This document shows positions 17,101 through 25,385 of a DNA stretch of 34,473 bases, in pieces. How positions within the stretch are numbered: position 1 is the first letter of the stretch; each line of letters opens with the position of its first letter. The stretch is from Chthoniobacterales bacterium (GTDB lineage: Bacteria; Verrucomicrobiota; Verrucomicrobiia; Chthoniobacterales; JACTMZ01): assembly GCA_044355525.1 (NCBI GenBank), contig JBIKXZ010000002.1, positions 1 through 34,473 of the forward strand, given 5' to 3'. A model generated the notes under the pieces. It was not told where the DNA came from and made no database searches. It was given only the letters and a program-made list of their open reading frames with translations. The position numbers and the translations under genes were made by a program.

Positions 17101-20100
17101 CAACCAGTTGACCCCCTTGGAACCGAGAGCGTAGGGAAGGACACCGGCCGGCGAGCTTTTGAGCCATGGCTTGGATTGATTCGACTCCTTGAAGAGCCCG
17201 TAGACGATGCCCGTCTTGGGCACTGCGGGGCTGCGGTAGATTTTGAAATCGTTGAAGTATGGCTGGCGGCTGTCGCCATCGGCGAGATTCTCGGCGTAAA
17301 ACTCGAGCCGGCTCGGCGCCGCGCTGGGAACGGTGACCTCGCGCGCGAAAATCTCGCGGCGGTCGGGCTTGCGGCTGGTCGCGCTGACCCGCAACGTGGT
17401 CGGCGAGATGCGGGTGACGGCCCAAGTCATCCCCTCGGCGCCGTATTCGATGCCGGAATCCTCGCCGGCCACAAAGATGGCGTCTGATCCGCGGTGCTCG
17501 ACATTCACCAAGAAAGTTTGCCCGGCCCAGATGTTGAAACCTTTCTTGCCGGTGCTGTTGCCACTGTCCCAATTGACCCCCCAACGGAAAGTGACCGAAT
17601 CACCGACATTGAGTGCCGTGGTAAGCGGGCGGAAGGCCTTGACGAAGGAGCCCGGACCGCCCTTGGCATAGAGGCCGAACGACTTCTCGTCCATGCCTTG
17701 GATGCCGGCTGCCTTGGGATTACCGAGGAACACGCCGGAAACTGTGCCGCCGGTTTCGATGCTCCAAGGGCCGAAGCCGGTGCCGGCGTTGGAGTTGTTC
17801 GCCCAGTTGGCGTAATTCGAGGCGCTGTCCGATGCCTCCGCCGCGGACGTCGGCAAGGGATCGCCGAAAGTGTCGGTGATGAAGAGGTAGTGTTCATTGC
17901 CCCCGCCCTTGGGCGACCAAGTGGCGGTGTAGAGCTTCGTCCCGCGGATGGCGGCATAGATCCGCATTCCGCTGTCGGCCACGAGGAAATTCTGGCTGTC
18001 GAATTCGCCGTCCATGCGGAAGCCCGGCAACGTCGAGGCGCTCCAACCCGAAGCACCGGTGTTGTCCGTGGTCGCTCCCGACGAGAAGGAATAAGCGACC
18101 GAACTGGTTCCTTCCGGAACCGTGTAGGTGTAGGTGAAGGAGCCGTCACCCGCGGGCGCCATGGCGAAACTGGCCGCAGTTCCACCGCCGGTCGGGGTCA
18201 AGTTGATGGTGACCTGGTTGAGGCCGTTGAGCGGACCCTCGTTCGCACCATAAACAATGGTCAGGGTCCGGACGGAGCCGTTCACTCCGAGGGTCGAGGT
18301 GGCCGAGGAGGGCACCGGCGGGGTGGCGATGCTCCACGCGCTGCCGCCGGTGGCGTCGTTGACCGAGCTGTCGGCGTTCGAGAACGAGTAGGCCACGGAC
18401 GTCACGCCGCCCGGCACGGTGTAGGCATAGGTGAACTGGTTGCTGTTCACCTGTGTCATAGTGAAGAACTGCGTCGATCCACCGCCGGTCGGCTGAAGAC
18501 GCACGCGCACGGGGGTGATGCCCTTGAGAGAGCCGTCGTTCGGATTGTAGGTCACCGTGACCGTCTTGACTCCGCCGGGGCTGGTCAGGGTGGCGGAAGC
18601 CGCCGAAGCCGAGCTGGCCGGCGGGGTGCTGCTGCGGTCGTAGATTTTGTAACGGGTGGGATCTCCGGTCAGACGGTAGCCGCGGATGACCTCTTGGAGA
18701 TTGGTCACGCTGTCCCCGTCCGAATCCACATCACCATCCCAGCTCCCCGCATAGTCCGTGTCGGCCGCCATGGCGTTGAGCCGACTCCAGCTTTCGCCGA
18801 AGTTCGGGATGAGATCCTTGCTGTTGTCGCCGGGCCAAGCTTGGTCGGGACCCGGGTTGGTGCCATCGAGGAAGCCGCCCAGCTCGATTTCATCCGGGAT
18901 GCCGTCGCCATCGGAGTCGTGCATGTTTTTCCCGTAAAGGTTGTAAACGACGCGTCGGGAGACGCGGTTTTCGTTGGCCGTGCCGGGATTGACCACCGCC
19001 TCGAAGAAGTGCGGTCCGTTGACAAAAGCGCCGGTGAACAATTTGTCGACGCCTCCCATTTTGTGACGGCCGTCGAAGGAAGATTCGAAAACGCCACTAC
19101 CGAGAGAGGTTTCCGTGAGGATCTGCTCGTAGCCGTTCCAGTAGAGCTTGACACTGGCGGCGCCCGTGCCGCCGGGGACGGTGACAGTGGTTTTGAAGAA
19201 AGGTTCGGTCAGCGTGACGTTGTTGTCATGGTTGATCGCGATGGAAGAACCCGCCGTATCGACCGTGAAACTGCGGCTGGCTGTCGACGTGTTTATGACA
19301 TTGCGCGTCGAGGCGTAGTCGGCCTCGGTGGCGTTGAGTGTCAAGGTGTGACCACCGGCCGCGAGTCCGTCGAGGCTGATGCGCCACTTGCCCTTGATGA
19401 CTTGGTCGGCTTGTTGCGCGGGTCCGCCGTCGATCGAATAGGTCAAGTTGTAGAGCGTGCGGTCGGGGTTGTTGATCGTGACGGTGCGCGCACCATGGAT
19501 CGTCTCGCCGTCGCCCAGGTTTTCGAACTCCAGATCGGGCCCGCGGCGGTCGACATAAACCGTCTCGGTGAAAGTCTGGTAGATGGCGGATTTGCCGGTC
19601 CGCCCGTTGAAAACGCGGGCTTTGATCGTGTGCAAGCCTTCGGGCACATTCGCGATGTTCGCGGTGACGCGATAATGACCATCGGTGATCTTGGTCATGG
19701 TCTCGAATCCGCCAGCCACCACGTCCTTGCCGTCGAGATCAATGATGCCATTGTCGTTGATGTCGCGCCCTTGCCCCCATTTGAGCAGGACATTGTCGAC
19801 GGTTTCGCCGTTTTGCTGCGGGCCGGCGTTGGAGTAACGGACATCGATTTGCACGATGCCGCCGCTGAGGCGGACGAGGTTGCGCGCGGGTTTGGGCGCA
19901 CCATCACGACCCGCCGGTATAACCCAAGGAATCGTGCTGACCCCGGAACCGCCGAACTGCAGGGGGTCCACACCGGTGGGAGCCTCCGCGTTGAAGGGCG
20001 CGTAGCAGACGAAACCTTGGCCGTTGCTGCCGGGAACGCGGATGGTTACCTGTCCGTTTCCATTAACCGTGACGGTGTCGCCATTCCGGCCGGTGTAGTC

Positions 20101-21693
20101 CTTGAGTTTGGTCCCGGGCGCGAACGAGGTCTGGACGTTGCTGCGCGTCTGGTCCCAACCGGAGTCGTTGAGGGCCACGAGCATGAGGCACTCTCCGGGA
20201 TCCGGATTGCCGTCATTGTCCAGGTCTTGGTAACGCTCGTAGGCGAAGAAGTCGCCTCCTTCGCCCAGGGGCGTGCGATTGTATTCGCGGCCGCGGGCAA
20301 ACTGGTTGTGAATGTAGATGAGGTTCGGGACCACGTTGCTTTGGAAGCCGTTGACCGTGTCGCCCAACGCGTAGTCGTAGCCCTTCTCCATCCACGTATT
20401 TTTGCCGGGCGCGCGGCCGATCTGGTCCTGACGGAGGTTGTTGCCCGAGAAGTAGACCACCGGCACGCCAACGCGGGTGAGAATGTAGGCGTAGGCCAAC
20501 TCCAGTTTGCTGGGCGGACCCTCGTCGTGGCTGTGGGCGAACATGATGCCTTCTTCGGGACTGAAGCCCGAAAAGCCGGCCAAAGCGCTCAGATTCCCGT
20601 TTTGAAATGCATCCTGCATCATCCCCTTCTTGCGCGGAAAATCGAGGTAGCGGGTCTGGATACCCCAACCCGGGCTGCCGGGGCTGCGCCAGTAGTCGAC
20701 TTCGCCGATTCCGCTGATGAAAAACTCGGAGTAAATCAAGGCGCTGTCCCGACGAATGTCGTTCTTATACATGTCGCTGAAGTCCATGCCCTGCACCGTG
20801 GTATTCTTCGGCCGAGTGGAACGACGCTCTTTGAAGTTGCGCTGGATATTGTAGGTGAAAGAGCGATTCCGATCGAACTCGGACTGGTTGGGCATGCCGA
20901 AGAAGTCCTTGTAGACGTGCTTGGGCGCGTCCAGGCGCACGCCGTCGTAATCCATGGCATAGCCCAGCCAGTTGATCCAACGGACGATGAACTCGCGGGA
21001 ATTCTCGTTCGGCAGGGTTCCCGACAGGTGGTAGGGATACTTTTCGTAATCGCCGGGTTGCCGGACGAACGGAGCGGGGTCCTGCGCGTAGCCCACCGAA
21101 TTCGCACCGCCGATCTGGAAGCGGTTGTCGAACTCGAGAACAATGTCCATGAGGCTGACCAGTTCTTGGTGCAGCGTGCCACCGGTTCCGTTGTTGGGTT
21201 CCCACTCGAACATCCGGGGCGGGCGCCGGTAGCCGCCGGGTTGCGAACCATCAAGCGTGATGTGAAAATCCCTCGGATGCATTCCCGGATAAGTGCGAAA
21301 ATCCGGTCCGTTCCCTGTGTGATTGAAGACAATGTCCGGGTAAATCTTGATGTCCAACTGGTGCGCGTTGTCTACCAGTTTGCGCAACGAGGTGCGCGAG
21401 CCGTAACGCGTTTCCCAGTGCCCGCGCTGCGGTTGATCACCTAGATCGAAACGGTCGAAAGAGTTGTAGCCCACGTTGCCGCCGTAGGCATACGGGTAGG
21501 GCCCGCCAATCGGCGACTTGCTCGGAGGCGGAGTCCAGATCGATTCGTAGCCAAGCTCCGCAATCTCGGGCAGACGCTGATACATCTCATCCCAGCGGGT
21601 CTCGAAGTATTGGATGATAACTTCCGCGCGTGCATTGAAGGACGCCGCCCACAAAATTGAGAAAGCGATAGCTGAGAAACGAAAACGATTCAT
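14092..21693 (-). CDS. giant secreted multidomain glycoside hydrolase with two GH13 (alpha-amylase family) catalytic modules, 2533 aa
   Basis: Track ORF 14092..21987, trimmed to the ATG at 21693, which gives a signal peptide MNRFRFSAIAFSILWAASFNARA/EV. GH13 regions I-IV occur twice: DIVFNHTG, GVRLDAPKH, YSEFF, FAHSHDE, and then DGTFNHSA, GLRCDFAQG, FMAESLDG, LVSHDEV. The middle holds Ig-like and tandem modules. Asp-rich Ca-binding-type repeats lie near the C-terminus (DPDIDGDGLTNEYE, DLDGDGFSNYVE). Confidence 0.85.
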   Translation of the reverse strand: MNRFRFSAIAFSILWAASFNARAEVIIQYFETRWDEMYQRLPEIAELGYESIWTPPPSKSPIGGPYPYAYGGNVGYNSFDRFDLGDQPQRGHWETRYGSRTSLRKLVDNAHQLDIKIYPDIVFNHTGNGPDFRTYPGMHPRDFHITLDGSQPGGYRRPPRMFEWEPNNGTGGTLHQELVSLMDIVLEFDNRFQIGGANSVGYAQDPAPFVRQPGDYEKYPYHLSGTLPNENSREFIVRWINWLGYAMDYDGVRLDAPKHVYKDFFGMPNQSEFDRNRSFTYNIQRNFKERRSTRPKNTTVQGMDFSDMYKNDIRRDSALIYSEFFISGIGEVDYWRSPGSPGWGIQTRYLDFPRKKGMMQDAFQNGNLSALAGFSGFSPEEGIMFAHSHDEGPPSKLELAYAYILTRVGVPVVYFSGNNLRQDQIGRAPGKNTWMEKGYDYALGDTVNGFQSNVVPNLIYIHNQFARGREYNRTPLGEGGDFFAYERYQDLDNDGNPDPGECLMLVALNDSGWDQTRSNVQTSFAPGTKLKDYTGRNGDTVTVNGNGQVTIRVPGSNGQGFVCYAPFNAEAPTGVDPLQFGGSGVSTIPWVIPAGRDGAPKPARNLVRLSGGIVQIDVRYSNAGPQQNGETVDNVLLKWGQGRDINDNGIIDLDGKDVVAGGFETMTKITDGHYRVTANIANVPEGLHTIKARVFNGRTGKSAIYQTFTETVYVDRRGPDLEFENLGDGETIHGARTVTINNPDRTLYNLTYSIDGGPAQQADQVIKGKWRISLDGLAAGGHTLTLNATEADYASTRNVINTSTASRSFTVDTAGSSIAINHDNNVTLTEPFFKTTVTVPGGTGAASVKLYWNGYEQILTETSLGSGVFESSFDGRHKMGGVDKLFTGAFVNGPHFFEAVVNPGTANENRVSRRVVYNLYGKNMHDSDGDGIPDEIELGGFLDGTNPGPDQAWPGDNSKDLIPNFGESWSRLNAMAADTDYAGSWDGDVDSDGDSVTNLQEVIRGYRLTGDPTRYKIYDRSSTPPASSASAASATLTSPGGVKTVTVTYNPNDGSLKGITPVRVRLQPTGGGSTQFFTMTQVNSNQFTYAYTVPGGVTSVAYSFSNADSSVNDATGGSAWSIATPPVPSSATSTLGVNGSVRTLTIVYGANEGPLNGLNQVTINLTPTGGGTAASFAMAPAGDGSFTYTYTVPEGTSSVAYSFSSGATTDNTGASGWSASTLPGFRMDGEFDSQNFLVADSGMRIYAAIRGTKLYTATWSPKGGGNEHYLFITDTFGDPLPTSAAEASDSASNYANWANNSNAGTGFGPWSIETGGTVSGVFLGNPKAAGIQGMDEKSFGLYAKGGPGSFVKAFRPLTTALNVGDSVTFRWGVNWDSGNSTGKKGFNIWAGQTFLVNVEHRGSDAIFVAGEDSGIEYGAEGMTWAVTRISPTTLRVSATSRKPDRREIFAREVTVPSAAPSRLEFYAENLADGDSRQPYFNDFKIYRSPAVPKTGIVYGLFKESNQSKPWLKSSPAGVLPYALGSKGVNWLGDSGKALESEIDLVEVFGSVPPVLYLSAVAYGGGALGRIESQAPPTWDGDSSVQVVEYQPVRISSIRDENLDGWFDAGAPEMLTVVNNDTADGNYGLRRFYLDELLKDSAEITVKFKPNTAPSALVSNVEVFTNLNRREFAVLEEDRSRVTTTSTDTYFRAYPMTGPDGDGYYSITLPVNRCGAYRLQVRYKVNGGDYIYYTDHAQRRDCAIVVSPKKALTANMYEVNPLIVEAKDNTFAGRGTFLDLVNDPALPGEAGGFDGRPDALNKNHYAAMGVNMLWLQPIHPIGVDKRDINPETGKEFDPGSPYAVQDYWSVAPMLGRSNTAANALAEFQTFVSRLDNWGVDVMMDGTFNHSAPDVIMGQGAADLGFGYSPTAEIRDANHRWYAKEGFPAQQATGLSDIAIAPDRNDFGNWTDVREFYFGNYDALVKAKGTQNANKSYPDNAHKFEFLVERDEFFGHTPETRQVWEYFAYYPIYWIEKSGHLRGTPKEQSHKGIDGLRCDFAQGLPSQFWEYCINKTRSVKWDFLFMAESLDGFREVAGSLRHGVGYRSARHFDILNENIVFYWRDNFFGYDPNGDNAGSVGKFSTGETFLAYDRRRRAFDNVTLLNNLVSHDEVFPHNDVWSLAYAYAQTAAMDGIPMILYGQEAGAQNSATGYAASTGIFGPINSARNFGKYELNFGKRIPNFKVYNNMKSIWDSRDLDNGLGWAVQNFYGAVNKVRAASPALKSQNVFFLNRLQQGGGFENGMFAIGKVQQPGVSASLQDVVFVFVNNNYRGITALAAAFDLNGTAPGGSANYFGIERQKSYNIRDLVSANPAAFLWDKPKTGAELLDQGLYVGLPYQGKHAQFLKLVDVNADYTDTNGNGIPDALDPDIDGDGLTNEYELAHGLNPNDPSDRDRDLDGDGFSNYVEFLAGTAANDSNSALQIVNLEPGETQMVIRFKSTPGAIYKIRYSYDLASGWSDMPGGMMVAETAETEVMLESPGEATKAFYTITLVP

Positions 21694-21865
21694 TATCTGG
21701 GGGTTATGTGAGAAATGCGGCCGTTTTGAAGACGACCGCAAACGACCAAAGATATACATAAAAATTAGACCACGCAAGTTGCGGTTCGTTCGGAGAAATA
21801 AACGGTCGTTTAAAACCTGCGGTGGCTGTTGACGCCGCGGCCGGCTGGCTTCATGGTGCGACGCC

Positions 21866-23020
21866 ATGAACCGCGCCGTCTCCCGCCTCGTTTTGCACCG
21901 CTTCGACGAGGCGCGTGTGCGGGCCGTCGCGGAAGAAATGCGCGCCGAATTGGGCGCTGCACCATCGCTCGCGCTGGCCTTTGTCACTCCCGGCTACGCC
22001 GACCATCTCGCCGAGTTCCAAGAAATTGTCGCCGTGCATGGACACGCCGCCGTTTTCTGCGGTTGCACCGGATCCGGTCTTATCGGCACCGCACGCGAAG
22101 CGGAAATGACCGAAGGCTTCTCGCTGCTCTTTCTTCACCTTCCCGCGGCGAAAGTCCGCGCCGTGCCGCTTGCCCAAGCCGAGGTGGAAACATCGGACGG
22201 CGACACCTTCTGGCGCGACAAAGCCGGTCCGGCGCCCGACGCATGGCTTACTTTTGCCAACCCCTTCCGCTTCGATGCCGACACTTGGTTGCGCGAATGG
22301 AACAGCGCTTTCCGTGGTGCGCCCGTGCTTGGCGGGTTGGCCAGCGGCGCGCGTGGCGAGGAAGACGTTACGGTCTTTGGTCCGACCATCGGCGAGACGT
22401 CCGACGCCCTGGCTATCGCCCTCGACGGCGTGCGCGTCGAAACGGTGGTCAGCCAAGGCTGCCGACCCATCGGCGAACCGTTGCCGGTCACGCGCGCCGA
22501 CGAACACCTCCTTTTCGAACTCGGCTCCCGCCCCGCTTACCAAGTGCTCGAGCAGGCTTTCAACACGCTGGCCGACGCCGACAAACAACGCGCCCGCGGC
22601 AATCTGTTCGCCGGACTCGCGGTGGACGAATACAAAGAGCAATTCGCGCGCGGTGATTTCCTCGTCCGCAATATTCTCGGCGCGGACCCGGCAACGGGCG
22701 CGGTCGTCGTCGGGGCGCATCCCCGCACCGGCCAGACCTTGCAATACCAACTCCGCGACGCCGCCAGCGCGGACGAAGAACTCAAATCACTCCTTGCTCC
22801 CCTCGCCGCGCGGAACGACAAGCCCGTGGCCAGCCTCCTGTTCTGTTGCAACGGTCGCGGCAAACACCTCTTCAGCAGCCCCGACCACGATGCAAAAATC
22901 GTCGCCGACGCCCTCGGCGCTGCCCCCTCCGCCGGCTTTTTCTGCAACGGCGAAATCGGCCCCGTCGGCGGATCCAACTTCCTCCACGGCTACACCGCGT
23001 CGATCGGTCTGATTTACTGA
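21866..23020 (+). CDS. FIST N/C-domain sensory protein with no fused output domain
   Basis: 384 aa. The layout is typical of FIST_N + FIST_C (ALAFVTPGY..., GCTGSGLIG, GGLASG..., C-terminal LLFCCNGRGKHLF...AGFFCNGEIGPVGG.NFLHGYT). Confidence 0.78.
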   Translation: MNRAVSRLVLHRFDEARVRAVAEEMRAELGAAPSLALAFVTPGYADHLAEFQEIVAVHGHAAVFCGCTGSGLIGTAREAEMTEGFSLLFLHLPAAKVRAVPLAQAEVETSDGDTFWRDKAGPAPDAWLTFANPFRFDADTWLREWNSAFRGAPVLGGLASGARGEEDVTVFGPTIGETSDALAIALDGVRVETVVSQGCRPIGEPLPVTRADEHLLFELGSRPAYQVLEQAFNTLADADKQRARGNLFAGLAVDEYKEQFARGDFLVRNILGADPATGAVVVGAHPRTGQTLQYQLRDAASADEELKSLLAPLAARNDKPVASLLFCCNGRGKHLFSSPDHDAKIVADALGAAPSAGFFCNGEIGPVGGSNFLHGYTASIGLIY

Positions 23021-23025
23021 AGAGT

Positions 23026-23052
23026 ACAAGCGGCGAGGACGCCGCTTCTACT
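23026..23052. repeat. short form of the GC-rich hairpin repeat between convergent genes
   Basis: AAGCGGCGAGGACGCCGCTTCTAC differs by 1 nt from the copy at 5987-6010. Its CTA is the TAG stop of the minus-strand GlcD-like gene (23048-23050). Confidence 0.55.
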
Positions 23053-24430
23053 TTCCCAAAAACTTCCCCGGATTGAGCAAATCGTCCGGGTCGAGCGCAC
23101 GCTTGATCCTCCGGTGCAAATCGTCCGCGCCCGCCTCGACGGCCTGCGGCCACCAGCGTTTCTTGGCCAAACCGACCCCGTGCTCTCCGGTGATGCTGCC
23201 GCGCATGACCAACACGCCTTGGAACAACGCATCCAGCGCCCTCTCCATGCGTTCTTTCGTCGCCGGATCCTCCGGGTTTTTCACCATGAGATTCACGTGG
23301 ATATTCCCGTCCCCCGCGTGCCCGAAGCACGCGACGGGAACGTCATAGTCCCGCCCGAGCCGGGCACCGAATTCGACCAGTTCCACCAATTTCCCGCGCG
23401 GCACCACGATGTCCTCGTTGAGTTTTTTCAATCCGGTCGCTTTCAACGATTCGGAAAATCCGCGTCGCAGCGCCCACAAGCGGTCGCATCCCTCCACAGT
23501 CAGCGCACTCTCGACCGAGACCGCGCGCGCGTCCTTGAGCAACGCGGTCAGTTCGCCAACCTCCGCCTTCACGCTGGCTTCTTGTCCATCGATCTCCACG
23601 AGCAAATGCGCGGCACCGGGCGGAATGACGGTGTCCGCCCCCGCATGCTTGCGCGCCGCCTCCAGCGTGAAGCGATCTGCGATTTCCACTGCGGACGGCA
23701 AATGGCCGTGGGCGAAAATCGATTGCACCGCGGCAGCCGCCGAAGGCATGTCGGGAAAACTCGCCGAGAGCACCGCCCGCGCCGGTGGCCATGGCAGCAA
23801 ACGCAACGTCGCCTCGGTGACGATGCCGAGCATGCCTTCCGAGCCGGTGAAAAGTCCGACCAGATCGAATCCCGTCTTGTTCTTGTGCGTGCGTCCGCCG
23901 ACCCGCGCCACCGTGCCGTCGGCCAGCACGACTTCGAGTCCGAGCACGTAATTGCGGGTCACCCCGTATTTCAAACACCGCGGACCACCCGCATTGGTCG
24001 CAATGTTCCCGCCGATGCTGCAGTCGTTCAAACTGGCCGGATCCGGCGGATAAAAAAGTCCTTTGCGACGCGCCTTTTCTTGCAGTTGCCCGGTGATCAC
24101 TCCGGGTTCGACCACGGCAACAAAATCCTCCGCGCTCACCTCCTTGATGCGGTCCATCCGCGCCGTCGAAAGGACGATCCCGCCGCGCACCGGGACACAT
24201 CCGCCCACATAGCCGTAGCCTGACCCGCGCGTGGTCACGGGAATCTTTTCCCGCGCCGCGATCTTCATCACCCCGGCAACCGACGCCGTCGATCGGCCGA
24301 AGACCACAGCTTCCGGCAAAGTCCGGGCGAACCATTTGTCGCCCGACGCCTCCTCGAGGGAGGCATCGTCCGTCCGCACGCCGTCGATCCCGGCGACCTT
24401 GCGCAACTCGTCGATGATCCGCGCGTCCAC
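23048..24430 (-). CDS. FAD-linked oxidase (GlcD / D-lactate dehydrogenase family)
   Basis: Track ORF 23048..24463. FAD_binding_4 motifs are VTTRGSGYGYVGGCVP and GGNIATNAGGPRCLKYG; the C-terminus has GSITGEHGVGLAKKRW. I prefer the in-frame GTG at 24430 (VDARIIDEL...) because the ATG at 24463 would overlap fabI by 29 nt. Confidence 0.8.
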   Translation of the reverse strand: MDARIIDELRKVAGIDGVRTDDASLEEASGDKWFARTLPEAVVFGRSTASVAGVMKIAAREKIPVTTRGSGYGYVGGCVPVRGGIVLSTARMDRIKEVSAEDFVAVVEPGVITGQLQEKARRKGLFYPPDPASLNDCSIGGNIATNAGGPRCLKYGVTRNYVLGLEVVLADGTVARVGGRTHKNKTGFDLVGLFTGSEGMLGIVTEATLRLLPWPPARAVLSASFPDMPSAAAAVQSIFAHGHLPSAVEIADRFTLEAARKHAGADTVIPPGAAHLLVEIDGQEASVKAEVGELTALLKDARAVSVESALTVEGCDRLWALRRGFSESLKATGLKKLNEDIVVPRGKLVELVEFGARLGRDYDVPVACFGHAGDGNIHVNLMVKNPEDPATKERMERALDALFQGVLVMRGSITGEHGVGLAKKRWWPQAVEAGADDLHRRIKRALDPDDLLNPGKFLGK

Positions 24431-24434
24431 GCGC

Positions 24435-25211
24435 TTACATCCCCATGATCTCGTAACCGCCATCCACGTAGAGCACCTGACCCGTGATCGAGGCCGCGCC
24501 GTCGCTGGCGAGGAAGACGCCGGTCGCCCCGAGTTCGGACGTCTCGCAACTGCGCTTGAGCGGCGCGTGCTCCTCGTAGTGCTTCATCATGGACGAAAAA
24601 CCGGCAATGCCGCGCGCGGCCAGCGTCTGCACGGGTCCGGCGCTGATGCAATTCACGCGGATCTTTTTGGCGCCGAGGTCGTAGGCGAGATAGCGCGTCG
24701 AGGATTCGAGCGCCGCCTTGGCCACGCCCATCACGTTGTAATGCGGCACAACCTTAACGCTGCCGAGGTAGCTCATGGCCACCACGCTGCCGCCATCGGT
24801 CATCATGGGAGCCGCCGCGCGGGACAGCGCGACCAGCGAGTAAGCACTGATGTCCATCGCCGTGGAAAAAGCCGACCGCGAGGTGGAAACAAAATCCCCC
24901 TCCAGCGCCTCCTTCGGGGCGAAGGCCACGGAATGCAGGAGCAGATCGAGCTTTTTGGTGTGACCTTTCACCTTGTCGAAAAACGCCGCGATCTCCTCGT
25001 CCTTGGAAACATCGCAGGGATAAACCGGCACGTTCGCGCCGAACTCGGCGACCAGTTCCTCGACGTTCTCCTTCACCCGCTCGCCCTGGTAATTGAAGAT
25101 AAGATTCGCCCCCGCCTCCTTCCAAGCCTTGGCAATGGCCCAAGCAATGCTCCGCTTGTTGGCCACGCCGAAAACCACCCCTGTTTTGCCATCGAGAATT
25201 CCTTTACTCAT
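24435..25211 (-). CDS. fabI: enoyl-[acyl-carrier-protein] reductase (NADH)
   Basis: Track ORF 24435..25262, trimmed to the ATG at 25211 (MSKGILDGKTGVVFGVANKRSIAWAIAKA). It has the SDR Y-x6-K motif (HYNVMGVAKAALE) and the C-terminus ITGQVLYVDGGYEIMGM. Confidence 0.93.
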   Translation of the reverse strand: MSKGILDGKTGVVFGVANKRSIAWAIAKAWKEAGANLIFNYQGERVKENVEELVAEFGANVPVYPCDVSKDEEIAAFFDKVKGHTKKLDLLLHSVAFAPKEALEGDFVSTSRSAFSTAMDISAYSLVALSRAAAPMMTDGGSVVAMSYLGSVKVVPHYNVMGVAKAALESSTRYLAYDLGAKKIRVNCISAGPVQTLAARGIAGFSSMMKHYEEHAPLKRSCETSELGATGVFLASDGAASITGQVLYVDGGYEIMGM

Positions 25212-25385
25212 AAGCCCGAAATCATCCCAGAACCCCCGCGCCGAGGTCAATGACGGCGTCACCCCTCTGCGCCCTTCGTGCCCTTCCGCGGTTTTTTCTC
25301 ACCACGGAGAACGCAGAGGGCACAGAACCAGAAAAAGGAGTCCCGGCATTGAGCCATCAGGGGGTCGATACTAAGCTTTGGCATT

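Noticed and set aside
14278-21444. Two very long plus-strand ORFs (14278..17487, 1069 aa; 17494..21444, 1316 aa)
   Set aside because: Both are antisense to the giant GH13 gene. Their translations are Val/Gly/Ala/Arg/Asp-rich mirror sequences without motifs. The minus strand has a signal peptide and two full GH13 motif sets.
21694-21987. 98-codon N-terminal extension of the giant ORF (ATG at 21987)
   Set aside because: The extension is Arg/Ser-rich, runs through the AT-rich promoter region and overlaps the FIST gene start on the other strand. The internal ATG at 21693 gives a canonical signal peptide.
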